Shown piece after piece: positions 40,203 to 53,979 of a stretch of 64,000 nt of DNA. Where the stretch lies: NCBI RefSeq assembly GCF_964194025.1, contig NW_027452803.1, forward strand, positions 1 through 64,000, in the 5' to 3' direction. This stretch comes from Convolutriloba macropyga (taxonomy: Eukaryota). Both the position numbers and the translations under genes were made by a program. The notes beneath the pieces were generated by a model that did not search any database, was not told the DNA's origin, and saw only the letters and a list, made by a program, of their open reading frames with translations. The stretch's first letter is position 1. Every line of letters begins with the position of its first letter.

Positions 40203-42543
40203 TTAATCATTCTCGAAGTTACTGAGTAGTAGAACAAGATACAAATTGTCCTCAATTTTTACAGGAAAAAATTTTATTTGTAATGCATCTACTGTAACCT
40301 GAATTGCGCTATTCTCGTCTTCAACGACGTATTCAAAATTAGGATCCCAACCTTCTGCTTGTTGAACAAAGTTGAATGTTGAAATAATTTGTTGTTCACG
40401 AAGCACACAAAATTAACCATCCAGCCCATAGAAGAAAACAATTTTCCCAATAGCCATTATTGACGCGTCTACACATGCAAAAATATCTGCACCTGATGTC
40501 CGCGCGTACGCTAAAGAGCCAAAATAAAAATTCTTCCTGAATCAACAGAACACTCGATCTGACTGATTGTTGAACCTGAATTCTCTTAATTCTTCTGATT
40601 CTACGATTCTAAACTCTTCGTTCACGTCCGACGGATTGTCAGAAAACCTTAGAAACTGCGCCAAATCATGTTCACTAGAATCTATCTCAGAAACCACTTT
40701 ACCTCTCATGAACCTCTCTACCATTAGTTTACAGTGGTTTGTTGTTCCAGTTAACGGAGCAATCAGAAGGTGAAGAGCCGATTCAAACATTGATGCTGAA
40801 GTAACGAAGAGAGGACCAATCTCAGCAGCTTGTCAAGCAAGATGTCTCAATAGATGGAAATCGATGGACTCGAACTTCTTGGGATTTTTTCCGCCATGCT
40901 GACGCAAAACTCGTCTAACAAAAGTCTGCAAAATTTTCGATTTTTCTGCTTTCGATTGAGTTTCGATTGTCATCATATAAACTGCGCAAAGAAAAAACTA
41001 GATTAAAAAGATCGGTTTTATCGGATCTCCGGTCTCCTCCAAACAAAAAATGGGTAAGACGATGGGCGCCAGATATAGCAATTGAACTTTTAGCTCTCTG
41101 GCTTTCATATTTGCGCGATGATCGAAAGATCGCACTGATTGTTTTATTTCTCTTGGAGTTTGAATACCCGAAAGTGTTTTATTCGATTCTCTTTTACTGT
41201 CTGCTTTCATGCGGTAGTACAAATATGTTAAGAAATCTCACGAAACGCCAAGAAAAAGTTGATGCATTGTATCAACCGGCGAAGAAAGCGGCTGATGAGG
41301 GATAACAGAAAAAATTTTGCTCCTGCCCTTTACTCCTTGAATGAATTTTTCAAAATCACGCTTTTTACCGTTGAGGGTTTTGTGTTTTTGTTGAGATCCC
41401 TCCTCCAATTCCCTCAGGTTCTCCAGATAACTTTCAGGAGACTGCATATTTTTATGAACATCAAAGTCATGTGGCTAGTGATGCGCATCGTCTATGTGGA
41501 AGCCAAGCAGAATGCAGTGAGAGCAACCATAATATCCGTTGCACTGTTTGAAATTCATTATTTTTGCTTTGCCAGTTAAATCTCCTACAAAAAAGATTGG
41601 CTCGAACTTAACCTTAACTCGATCACCATCCAGTGTTACCTCCTCATGCAAAGATATCTGTCCTCGAAATGATCAAAAATGTCGTCAGAATGCGGTGTCC
41701 CGTTTCCAACAAAAAGAGATCTAAAGTGATGTTTTGAAACATTTCTCGTTTTTTCGGTAGATCCGCAATCAGTATCAGGAGCGGCCAGGCTGTTTTAGGA
41801 GGAGATTTTGAGACGAGGGCTCCGTCCAAGTTCAAACCTAATTGTCACTTGCCGTTCAATAAACTCCAGTTTAGGCATAATTATATCGTTTGTGGTTTTT
41901 CTCAACTCATGTCGTTAATCGATTTTTTAACAATTTTTTAGGAGAAGCGGATTGAAATTGAGATAAAATTGTTCCCCGTTAGACAAAATTTTTTTTCTGC
42001 ATTGATACTGAGCGGCAAATTCACCCACCTTCTTTTTTATTGTCCACGGAGCTAAACTTTCACCTTTGAAAATAATTTAATTTGTTTTAGAAGTTCATAC
42101 ATCATTTGGTCAGAAAAATTATGCTTTACTACTAAAGACATAATGGACAAAGCCAGATTCGACACAGAGACTGGTCTGCAGTCACTCACAATATCATATA
42201 GAAAAGATCGATTGAATGATGCAAGTTCCTTTACAGCTTCGTTGTCAGACTCAATGTTGTTGTTCAATGACTCGTCAGTTGTTCCATTACTGCTGCACAT
42301 TTCGTCGTCAATAGAATCTGATGTGTTAATTTGAGGAACCGCAGTAGTGTTTGAGGATGTTTCCAAAGGAAAACAGAGCGCCTCCTTTAATGAGGACAGG
42401 CTAAAATTCGATGAGTCTCCGTAATAAGCAAAAAAAGAATCAAACTCTGTTGCATGTTGTGCAAATTGAATTTCTGCCTTTGGTAGGCGTTTTACAGCTC
42501 TCACTATAGTTTGTGAAGTTGATTGAGTTAAACTTGCACTCAT
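40203..42543 (-). pseudogene. CACTA/EnSpm (CMC superfamily) DDE transposase, decayed
   Basis: Motifs in canonical order: VKHNFSD..LL; LNLDGALVSKS...AWPL...DLP; FVGDLTGKAK; QCNGYYGCSHC; GVKG.S; PVDTMHQLFLGV; RSF...MKARELK..LLY; FHLLRHLA*..IGPLFVTSASMFES. Confidence 0.9.
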
Positions 42544-42555
42544 TTCATGCTCTGA

Positions 42556-43107
42556 TGAATGACTGCAAAGACAATCGACCTTTTCTTCTATAAAAGCGTC
42601 TTTGTTGTAGAAGGTTGTCAGATTATCAGTGGGTTATATTTGACTCAGCGCTCGCAACCTAACACATTGTCGTCCACGATAACCACCTTTCATGTAGTAA
42701 TCGCAATTAGCTTTACAGGAATGATTAGCCCACCTAGCCATTCCAAACAAAAGTTTGCCTCCATCCATAAAAGACCAGTCCTTATACGAGTTTTCTTTTG
42801 GCAGGTTAGCTAATAATCCGACGGCCACCTCAATTTCACCAGGCCTGATGGCGCTTATCGACCGATTCAACAAGCAGAGTCCGCCAAAATTGTCTGGTTC
42901 AATACTCAGTCCGAAATCCATAGCAGCTCTGTAGGATTCGCTCATATCGATAAACAATTTTTTCAGCTTTCGACCATTGCGCAGTTTCATTTCAAAGTCA
43001 TCCTTACACCATAGCATAGTCAAAACTTTTGGTGAATTTGGGAAATCTTTCACCAATTTTTCAGACAGTTGTCCTTCTATTTGAGCTAGGTCTTCGCACT
43101 CACTCAT
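42556..43107 (-). pseudogene. SET-domain lysine methyltransferase, Suv4-20/KMT5B-like, in frame with the transposase N-terminus (one internal TAA at 42634-42636)
   Basis: EVAVGLLANL...DWSFM...LLFGMARWANHSCKANCDY...CVRLRALSQI*PTDNLTTFYNKDAFIEEKVDCLC parallels Suv4-20 as recalled (ELLVGCIAEL...DFSVM...LWLGPAAFINHDCRPNCKF...[32 protein letters not shown]). Confidence 0.88.
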
Positions 43108-43119
43108 TGCTAACTGAAA

Positions 43120-44640
43120 CCAAAACTTTTGGTGAAGCGCAAAACCAGTTAAAAAATCTCATTGGTACAAGAGGGAAACCGATACTCGTAGCACTACACA
43201 ATTTTTACAAAAACACCTTGCTATTCAATCTTCACCAAGAAATTTTCAATTACTTTCTCTAGAAGGCAACATCTTCATAGCATACCGATTTTTTCAAAAT
43301 TACACTCTTTTTCAACGCACCTGCGATATTTCGCCTTAGTACCAGAAGGCGACACGCCCTCGTAGCACAGGAAAAAATCACAAAAAATCTCCCGCCTTTA
43401 AATCTTCACCTAATAATTTCTTTTTTATTTCAGCTCGAGGCAACACGCCCTCATAGCCTTCTCACTATTTTAATTAAGACTTATGATACCTGTAAGCGGT
43501 CACCATTAATTTCTTTCATTAGTACCAGAGAGCAACACACCCTCACAGCCCTCAAACAAAACAAACACTGACTGTAAGCGCAAAACCAGTAAAAAAAATT
43601 CATTGGTACAAGAGGGAAACGGATACTCGTAGCACTGCACAAAATTTACAAAAGCACCCTGCTATTAATTCTTCACCTAGAAGTTTTCAAGTATTTTCTT
43701 TAGAATGCAACATCATCATAGCATCCTGAATTTTTCAAAATTACACGTTGTCTCTCTGCACAAACCTGCGATATTTCTTCTTAGTACCAGAAGGCAACAC
43801 GCCCTCGTAGCACATGAAAAAAGTCGCAGTAAATCACCCGCCTTGAAATCTTCACCTTATAGCTTCTCGTTTATTTCTGCTCAAGGTAACCTGCCCTCAT
43901 AGTCTTCTCACTATTCTAAACAAGACTTGTCATGCCTGTAAGCGGTCACCTTTAAACTCTCTCATTAATACCAGAGAGCAACACACCCTCATAGCACTCA
44001 AACACAACAAACACTGACTGTTAGCGCAAAACCAGTAAAAAAATCTCATTGGTACAAAAGGGAAACAGATAATCGTAGCACTGCACTAATTTTATAAGAG
44101 CACCTTGCTATTATTTCTTCACCTAGAAGATTTTTTTCAATTACTTTCTCTAGAAGGCAACATGATCATAGCATCACGAATGTCGAATGTTTCAAAATTA
44201 AACACTGTCTCTTTGCACAAACCTGCGATATTTCTCCTTAGTACCAGAAGGCAACACGCCCTGGTAGCACAGGAATAAAATCAAAATAAATCACCGGCCT
44301 TTAAATCTTCAACTAATAGTTTCTCATTTATTTCTGCTCGAGGCAACACACCCTCATAGCGTTCTCACTATTCTAAAGGAGACTTATGCTGCCTGTAAGT
44401 GGTCACCTTTGATTTCTCACATTAGTACCAGAGAGCAACACACCCTCGGAGCACTGCGCAAACTCCACATAAAAAATATTGCTAGTAAATATTCACCTAG
44501 AGCTTTTTCATTGATTTGTTCTTTATGGCGACACAATCTTACATCAATTTCACGTTTCCTAGCAACATAACTGTTAGAGCAAAGCAGTAACATATCTCAT
44601 TGGTACCAGGGAGCATTACACCCTCATAGCACTGCAATAA
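43120..44640. repeat. ~443-bp tandem repeat (3+ copies) with ~90-bp sub-period GGCAACAC(A/G)CCCTC motifs
   Basis: agcgcaaaaccagt...cattggtacaa..gggaaac at ~43137, 43577 and 44023. Confidence 0.9.
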
Positions 44641-44988
44641 TTTCACAAAAAATTACATTGCAAGAGGATAAAGTTGTTTCAAAACTTTAATATTGAGCGA
44701 TATCAAACATTGTGTTCAGTTCGATTAAATAGTATTGATTATATTTAGCGTCACAAGAGATGCAGTGGATATTGAAGATGAACTGATTCTTCAAACTTTT
44801 GCTTAACAAGCAATTAACAATCGCTACAAAAGCAAAACGGGCTGTAATCAATACTAACATAGCTTCAATAGGAACGGGGGTAAAAGAATTCACTATAAAA
44901 TTCTAAATCTATTCAGAATCATTGCTGTTTGACATGAGCACCTGTTTGTTTTTTCTGGTTGCTAACTCAGTAGTACGGCACATTTTCA

Positions 44989-45320
44989 ATTGATAGGTAC
45001 ACCGCTGCTGTCTATTTCATTTTCAGTGCTATTGTCTCTCTCTTCATCAACCAGTTTTGATCGATAGCTTTTCACTTCTCTTCCCGCTTGTTTGGCTGCA
45101 TCCTTTGTCAGTTTGAATGCCTATCGGGGAGTGAGTGGATATTTACGGTTGATAACTTCTAAAGCATTTTTAAGAATGTCGACAACTCTATCCTTTTATC
45201 AGCACAGCGGCTATTTAAACAATAACTATATTTGCTCTAATGTAAGACTTTTAAGAACTTTACGAATGATAAACATGTCAAAGTTGGTTAGTTTATGGAA
45301 CGTTTTTTACCCTAAGCAGA
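44989..45320 (-). pseudogene. Decayed accessory ORF, helical/basic
   Basis: KDRVVDILKNALEVINRKYPLTPR*AFKLTKDAAKQAGREVKSYRSKLVDEERDNSTENE reads through isolated stops. Confidence 0.35.
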
Positions 45321-46151
45321 ACATTTAACATTTATCATTTCCTCCGGTAGTGGTAGGAGAACTTAAGAGCACATGTTGATTCTGACTCATTTCTCTTTCC
45401 ATTATCTATTTTATCAAGATTACCGTTATATTTAAAAAACAAAATCGGTTAGCAAAACCCTAGTGTGAATTGTAATTGTTGCTCAAAAAATATCTAACCA
45501 AAAAACAGCTTAACATCAGAGCCCTCTGCCTCTTTTCTAGTTGAATGCTCAGCGCCAATTATTGTTTCAACGAGTTCATTTTGTCCAAAAAATTCCTTGG
45601 GAAGGGGTCGTCCAAGCCTGCTAGGAAATTAATTAGCTTCAATTTTCATCAAATCAACACTAACAGCGAGGAACGTCTCAAGGAGATGCGGATTTTGATC
45701 GACACTCTCAAACCCAAACTTTTGGATTCTCACGAAATGCTGTAACTCCTCCAGCTAAACAAAACGCTTGTAACTGATAGTATTATTTTGATATAAAATT
45801 CAGAGAGGGAGAAAAAACCAGGAAAATAGTCCTTTTTATTGAATTTACAGATAGTCTATAGTGTCATAAATACGTAATGTCTGAGTAAAAAAAGAAGCAA
45901 AATTGTAGAATCTTGTAACCAAATTATTTTAATTCAATATTCAACAGAAACCTAGCTTCATAAGTTGAAACATGGAAATAATAGTGCAATTTTTTCGTTC
46001 ACTTTTTCTTCTTCAATTTTTCGAGCAATGAAGCAGCGACTGCCTTAGATTTTCATTTTGGCTAGACATTAAATTCAAAAAACTGCAAACAGATACTACC
46101 GAATCATTGAATTCGTTCACCAGCTTCCTCTTGCGGCGATGTGACTGCTTC

Positions 46152-46750
46152 TTAAATTTCTGAAAACTGGATTCCGCCCGTGCCATCCTTGATTAATGTT
46201 CCACAAAAAAACTGAAACTGCTCACATGACGAACTTTTATTTTTGGCGCTCTCATTTGCCGCAGTCGTCGTTGCGTGATCGTTAACTATCAGAGAGGTTG
46301 ACCCCGCAGCCTGGGACACAAGCTGCGTAAGAGGGGAATGTATAGGAGTTTCACATTCTTCTGAATTGACCTCCTCATTACTGTTGTCACGAAGAAGTGT
46401 CTCCGGAACAAAACTTGGAGGTTCTCCTTTTTCCAATTGAGCCAAGACAACGAGTTTATGACGTGATACTTCAGTTCGTGAACCTTTTCCGAGATAGATG
46501 CATTCTGGTTGAGGCTCATTGTGAAACATTGGATATGTTTGACCTAGATCCAGACTCAATTTATATTTCCAGGAAGTCCCTGTGGCCAACTCAATGCCAA
46601 GTCTCCCCTAGCATTTTTGCCATAACAAAACAAAAATCTGCTGTCTCGCAATTGACTATGGGCTGTGAGCTGCAACTCATCTTCCCTGTCAGTGCTGAAG
46701 TTTGCGGGCTTTACTATCTCCCTGCCCTTAATAGACTTTCGAATTGCCAT
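46152..46750 (-). pseudogene. Decayed accessory ORF (ATG 46750, frameshift, then a 145-aa segment)
   Basis: MAIRKSIKGRE.../QIFVLLWQKC*GRLGIELATGTSWKYK...ECIYLGKGSRTEV...; GCAACAC motifs lie upstream at ~46885 and ~46977. Confidence 0.45.
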
Positions 46751-47542
46751 TTTAAAATCTTTGAAAAACAGAGATTGTTGTACAAAAAACAGTTCATTTT
46801 ACTCGCAACAGTTTTCAGGATGAAGTTTCACGTTGTAGCAACAGCAGCGAGAAAAAAATTGAAATCGACGCAAATTGCTAGAAGGCAACACACCCAAATA
46901 GCACCATCAAAAAACTTCCGATCAACCCTCAAAATAATTCTAACAAAAGAAATCCAAAATTTATATTAGTCGGAAGGCAACACGCCCTCCTAACCATTTC
47001 AGTATTTAGAAACTTAGCTTTACACGTACCCGAGCCAAAAAGATATTTATGTAGAAAAGCACTTAATATTATAAAATTTACGAATTCTTTTGGAGGGCAA
47101 ATCACATAATTAGCATTGTTAACATTTCTTTAGATTATAACTCTAGAATTCAATGAAGGCTTTGGGCTCGTGCTATGTTTTTGCTTTCCCTATTATGTGC
47201 CTCACTCTCTTTTTTATAAAAAAAATCGCTGATGCTCAAACCTACGGCAACAAAAACAAGAAATTTAAATCTTTCCTTATTCTCTTAATAAATCTGCAAA
47301 CAAAAAAACTGGACACTCAAAGGAAATTTTATTACCTACAAATCAAACGACTTATAGAATAAAGTCAGTAGAACTAACAAAATCTAGCGAAAAATTATCA
47401 AGCAAAACAAGACTCAAAAATAGCCTTGGGCAAACCCTTCTTTTGCAAAACTAACTATATCGGAGTGGAAACTTTAAGTAAACTTTTAAGAATGCAATTT
47501 TTCAGACAAAGAATTCAACAAGTGAACAAATAGCAGAACAAA

Positions 47543-48125
47543 CTATTCTGGTCGAATTGGTTCATGCTTTTTCTTCAATTGAGCTTTTCTCATTTCCATC
47601 GCTCCAGCACTGTGTTTCCCTGTTCCTGCCAATCGGTCTTTGACGTTTAGTCCCGCCTTAATTGCAGCTGCTCTAGCGTTTTTCGCAGCCAGGGGGAGCT
47701 TTCTTCTGGGAAATTTTCTTTAAACTGATCCTAAAGCAAAACCGGACATAGTTACGGTTGAGCAACAAAAATAAGAATCTTTACTTTTTTGGGAAAGCTT
47801 AATCTCAAAAAAACCCTTACATTTTTTTCATAAAAACCAAAACTTGGATTGAAACCTTTTACTTATATTCGGCAAATGGCTAAGATTAAAGTGACTGAGA
47901 ATTACTAAATTATTTCAGAAAGAGTTCGTTATCAAGACAATATTGGACTTCTGGAGTCTCTTCAATCTCCTGGAAAATTTCGACATTGTCCTCAAGAATG
48001 GTATTCTCGGACAGGGCGAGTCTTTCTGATTCCAAATCCTTAATTGTCTTGAGAAAAGACGAAATCGTGTTGGTAAGAGCATTGAACTCAACACAAAAGA
48101 ACCTTTGGTACTTATCCAAACCAGT
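47543..48125 (-). pseudogene. Decayed, probably spliced accessory ORF
   Basis: Segment MDKYQRFFCVEFNALTNTISSFLKTIKDLESE...; after a tttgctttag acceptor, DQFKENFPEESSP/LAAKNARAAAIKAGLNVKDRLAGTGKH... Confidence 0.35.
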
Positions 48126-48439
48126 GACTGATCCAAAAATGTTAGCGTTTCACTGGAAAAAACATTCCTCAAAAAATAAACACAAAAAATGCAAAATTTC
48201 CAAGTAAAAAACTCCGGCGTAGTTGCGGAGTTTTATAATGTCGCTGAAATTATGCTGAACAAGGGTTAAACTTAACTGGAGATCTTTTGCTTCATTTCCA
48301 TAGTGTTTGATGCATACTCGTTTCCCATGTCCTCTAGAACCAATCCCATTTGACGCAATTTTCCTCATTCTGAAGAAGAGCCTCTGAAATCTTTTGGCGG
48401 TCTTCACAACACTAAACCAAACCAGATTTTTTATTAAAA

Positions 48440-51400
48440 ACATCAGTAATTACATTTAATTGTGCCGGAAAGCAACACTCTTTTATTACTTTCAAAAACA
48501 TCAGAAAACAAACATTTTATTGTGCCGGAAAGCAACACACTCTCTTAACACTTTTAAAAACATCAAAAATTACAATAAAGCTGAAGATTCTATTTGTGGA
48601 AGGTTCTAAAATTTAACTGCACAGGAAAGCAACACACTCTCCAGGCAGTTATTTGACGGATTCAACTGACGGAGTGCAAAACACTCTCCTAGCATTTTTA
48701 AAACATCAGTAATTACATTTAATTGTGCCGGAAAGTAACACACGCTCTTAGCACTTTTAAAAACATCAAAAATTACAGTAGAGCTGAAAAATTCTATTTG
48801 CTGAAGGTTCTAAAAATTAACTGCACAGGAAAGCAACACACTCTCCAGGCAGTTATTTGAGGGATTCAAATGACGGAATGCAACACATTCTCCTAGCACA
48901 TTTAAAAACGTCAGTATTTACCTCTAAAGGTGCCGGAAAGCAACACACTCTCTTAGCACTTTTAACAACATCAAAAATTACAATCAAGCTGAAGATTCTA
49001 TTTGCGGAAGGTTCTAAAATTTAACTGCACAGGAAAGAAACACACTCTCCAGGCTGTTATTTGAGGGATTCAACTGACGGAATGCAACACATTCTCCTAG
49101 CACATTTAAAACATCCGTAATTACATTTAATTGTGCCGGAAAGCAACACACTCTCTTAGCTTTTTTAAAAAAATCAAAAATTACAAGAAAGCTGAAGATT
49201 ATATTTGCGGAAGGTTCTAAAATTTAACTGCACAGGAAAGCAACACACTCTCCAGGCAGTTATTTGAGGGATTCAACTGACGGAAAGCAACTAACTCTCC
49301 TAGCTTTTTTAAGGACATCAGTAATTACATTTAATTGTGCCGGAAAGCAACAGACTCTCTTAGCATTTTTAAAAACATCAAAAATTACAGTAAAGCTGAA
49401 AAATTCTATTTGCTGAAGGTTCTAAAATTTAACTGCACAGGAAAACAACACACTCTCCAGGCAGTTTATTGACGGATTCAACTGACGGAGTGCAAAACAC
49501 TCTCCTAGCACATTTAAAACATCCGTAATTACATTTAATTGTGCCGGAAAGCAACACAATCTCTTAGCTTTTTTAAAAACATCAAAAATTACAAGAAAGC
49601 TGAAGATTATATTTGTGGAAGGTTCTAAAATTTAACTGCACAGGAAAGCAACACACTCTCCAAGCAGTTATTTGAGGGATTCAACTGACGGAAAGCAACT
49701 AACTCTCCTAGCATTTTTAAAAACATCAGTAATTACATTTAATTGTGCCGGAAAGCAACAGACCCTCTTAGCACTTTTAAACAAATCAAAAATTACAAAA
49801 AAGCTGAATTATTCTATTTGCTGAAGGTTTTAAAATTTAACTGCACAGGAAAGCAACTCACTCTCCAGGCAGTTATATGACGGATTCAACTGACGGAATG
49901 CAACACATTCTCCTAGCACATTTAAAAACAACAGTATTTACCTTTAAAGGTGCAGGAAAGCAACACACTCTCTTAGCACTTTTAAGAGCATCAAAAATTA
50001 CAATCAAGCTGAAGATTCTAATTGCGGAAGGTTCTAAAATTTAACTGCACAGGAAAGCAACACGCTCTCCAGGCAGTTATTTGAGGGATTCAACTGACGG
50101 AATGCAACACATTCTCCTAGCAAATTTAAAAACATCAGTAATTACATTTAATTGAGCCGGAAAGCAACACACTCTCTTAGCAATTTTAAAAACATCAAAA
50201 ATTACAATAAAAATGAAGATTATATTTGCTGAAACTTCTAAAATTTAACTGCACAGTAAAGCAACACACTCTCTAGGCAGTTATTTAAGGGATTCAACTG
50301 ACGGAATGCAACATATTCTCCTAGCACATTTAAAAATATCAGTAATTACAATTAGATGAGCTGGAAAGTAACACACTCTCTTAGCACTTTTAAAAATATC
50401 AAAAATTACAATAAAGCTGAAGATTATATTTGTGGAAGGTTCTAAAATTTAACTGCACAGGAAAGCAACACACTCTCCAAGCAGTTATTTGAGGGATTCA
50501 ACTGACGGAAAGCAACTAACTCTCCTAGCATTTTTAAAAACATCAGTAATTACATTTAATTGTGCCGGAAAGCAACAGACCCTCTTAGCACTTTTAAACA
50601 AATCAAAAATTACAAAAAAGCTGAATTATTCTATTTGCTGAAGGTTTTAAAATTTAACTGCACAGGAAAGCAACTCACTCTCCAGGCAGTTATATGACGG
50701 ATTCAACTGACGGAATGCAACACATTCTCCTAGCACATTTAAAAACAACAGTATTTACCTTTAAAGGTGCAGGAAAGCAACACACTCTCTTAGCACTTTT
50801 AACAGCATCAAAAATTACAATCAAGCTGAAGATTCTATTTGCGGAAGGTTCTAAAATTTAACTGCACAGGAAAGCAACACACTCTCCAGGCAGTTATTTG
50901 AGGGATTCAACTGACGGAATGCAACACATTCTCCTAGCAAATTTAAAAACATCAGTAATTACATTTAATTGAGCCGGAAAGCAACACACTCTCTTAGCAA
51001 TTTTAAAATCATCAAAAATTACAATAAAAATGAAGATTATATTTGCTGAAACTTCTAAAATTTAACTGCACAGTAAAGCAACACACTCTCTAGGCAGTTA
51101 TTTAAGGGATTCAACTGACGGAATGCAACATATTCTCCTAGCACATTTAAAAATATCAGTAATTACAATTAGATGAGCTGGAAAGTAACACACTCTCTTA
51201 GCACTTTTAAAAATATCAAAAATTACAATAAAGCTGAAGATTATATTTGTGGAAGGTTCTAAAATTTAACTGCACAGGAAAGCAACACACTCTCCAAGCA
51301 GTTATTTGAGGGATTCAACTGACGGAAAGCAACTAACTCTCCTAGCATTTTTAAAAACATCAGTAATTACATTTAACTGTGCCGGAAAGCAACAGACCCT

Positions 51401-53979
51401 CTTAGCACTTTTAAACAAATCAAAAATTACAAAAAAGCTGAATTATTCTATTTGCTGAAGGTTTTAAAATTTAACTGCACAGGGAAGCAACACACTCTTC
51501 AGGCAGTTATTTGAGGGATTCAACTGACGGAGTGCAAAACACTCTCCTAGCATTTTTAAAACATCAGTAATTACATTTAATTGTACCGGAAAGTAACACA
51601 CTCTCTTAGCACTTTTAAAAACATCAAAAATTACAGTAAAGCTGAAAAATTCTATTTGCTGAAGGCTCTAAAATTTAACTGCACAGTAAAACAACACACT
51701 CTCCAGGAAGTTATTTGACGGATTCAACTGGCGGAAAGCAACACACTCTCCTACCTTTTTTAAAAATATCAGTAATTACATTAAATTGTGCCGGAAAGCA
51801 ACACAATCTCTAACCACTTTCAAAAACATCAAAAACTACAATAAAACTGAAGAATCTATTTTCTGAAGGCTCTAAATTATAACTCCACAGGAAAGCAACT
51901 CACTCTCCAGGCAGTTATTTGAGGGATTCAACTGACGGAATGCAACACATTCTCCTAGCAAATTTAAAAACATCAGTAATTACATTTAATTGAGCCGGAA
52001 AGCAACACACTCTCTTAGCAATTTTAAAAACATCAAAAATTACAATAAAAATGAAGATTATATTTGCTGAAACTTCTAAAATTTAACTGCACAGTAAAGC
52101 AACACACTCTCTAGGCAGTTATTTAAGGGATTCAACTGACGGAATGCAACATATTCTCCTAGCACATTTAAAAATATCAGTAATTACAATTAGATGAGCT
52201 GGAAAGTAACACACTCTCTTAGCACTTTTAAAAATATCAAAATTTACAATAAAGCTGAAGATTATATTTGTGGAAGGTTCTAAAATTTAACTGCACAGGA
52301 AAGCAACACACTCTCCAAGCAGTTATTTGAGGGATTCAACTGACGGAAAGCAACTAACTCTCCTAGCATTTTTAAAAACATCAGTAATTACATTTAATTG
52401 TGCCGGAAAGCAACAGACCCTCTTAGCACTTTTAAACAAATCAAAAATTACAAAAAAGCTGAATTATTCTATTTGCTGAAGGTTTTAAAATTTAACTGCA
52501 CAGGGAAGCAACACACTCTTCAGGCAGTTATTTGAGGGATTCAACTGACGGAGTGCAAAACACTCTCCTAGCATTTTTAAAACATCAGTAATTACATTTA
52601 ATTGTACCGGAAAGTAACACACTCTCTTAGCACTTTTAAAAACATCAAAAATTACAGTAAAGCTGAAAAATTCTATTTGCTGAAGGCTCTAAAATTTAAC
52701 TGCACAGTAAAACAACACACTCTCCAGGAAGTTATTTGACGGATTCAACTGGCGGAAAGCAACACACTCTCCTACCTTTTTTAAAAATATCAGTAATTAC
52801 ATTAAATTGTGCCGGAAAGCAACACAATCTCTAACCACTTTCAAAAACATCAAAAACTACAATAAAACTGAAGAATCTATTTTCTGAAGGCTCTAAATTA
52901 TAACTCCACAGGAAAGCAACTCACTCTCCAGGCAGTTATTTGAGGGATTCAATTGACGCAATGCAACACATTCTCCTAGCACATTTAAAAACGTCAGTAT
53001 TTACCTTTAAAGGTGCCGGAAAGCAACACACTCTCTTAGCACTTTTAACAACATCAAAAATTACAATCAAGCTGAAGATTCTATTTGCGGAAGGTTCTAA
53101 AATTTAACTGCACAGGAAAGCAACACACTCTCCAAGCAGTTATTTGAGGGATTCAACTGACGGAAAGCAACTAACTCTCCTAGCATTTTTAAAAACATCA
53201 GTAATTACATTTAATTGTGCCGGAAAGCAACAGACCCTCTTAGCACTTTTAAACAAATCAAAAATTACAAAAAAGCTGAATTATTCTATTTGCTGAAGGT
53301 TTTAAAATTTAACTGCACAGGGAAGCAACACAATCTCCAGGCAGTTATTTGAGGGATTCAACTGACGGAGTGCAAAACACTCTCCTAGCATTTTTAAAAC
53401 ATCAGTAATTACATTTAATTGTACCGGAAAGTAACACACTCTCTTAGCACTTTTAAAAACATCAAAAATTACAGTAAAGCTGAAAAATTCTATTTGCTGA
53501 AGGTTCTAAAATTTAACTGCACAGGAAAACAACACACTCTCCAGGAAGTTATTTGACGGATTCAACTGGCGGAAAGCAACACACTCTCCTACCTTTTTTA
53601 AAAATATCAGTAATTACATTAAATTGTGCCGGAAAGCAACACAATCTCTAACCACATTCAAAAACATCAAAAACTACAATAAAACTGAAGAATCTATTTT
53701 CTGAAGGCTCTAAATTATAACTCCACAGGAAAGCAACTCACTCTCCAGGCAGTTATTTGAGGGATTCAATTGACGCAATGCAACAAATTCTCCTAGCACA
53801 TTTAAAAACGTCAGTATTTACCTTTAAAGGTGCCGGAAAGCAACACACTCTCTTAGCACTTTTAACAACATCAAAAATTACAATCAAGCTGAAGATTCTA
53901 TTTGCGGAAGGTTCTAAAATTTAACTGCACAGGAAAGCAACACACTCTCCAGGCAGTTATTTGAGGGATTCAACTGACG
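48440..53979. repeat. ~204-bp satellite, ~27 monomers, three GCAACACACTCTC motifs per monomer
   Basis: Monomer starts at 48704, 48909, 49112 and onward; variant patterns recur at ~817 bp and ~1021 bp. Confidence 0.97.

Noticed and set aside
42634-42636. Programmed readthrough between SET and transposase
   Set aside because: The stop lies inside the SET fold and the gene has many other lesions; ordinary decay is simpler.
46397-46969. 190-aa plus-strand ORF
   Set aside because: Antisense to the more coding-like minus-strand remnant; GTG start, no motif.
48440-53979. CRISPR-like regularly spaced GCAACACACTCTC motifs
   Set aside because: Intervening sequences are themselves repeated rather than unique spacers; no cas genes; eukaryotic context.
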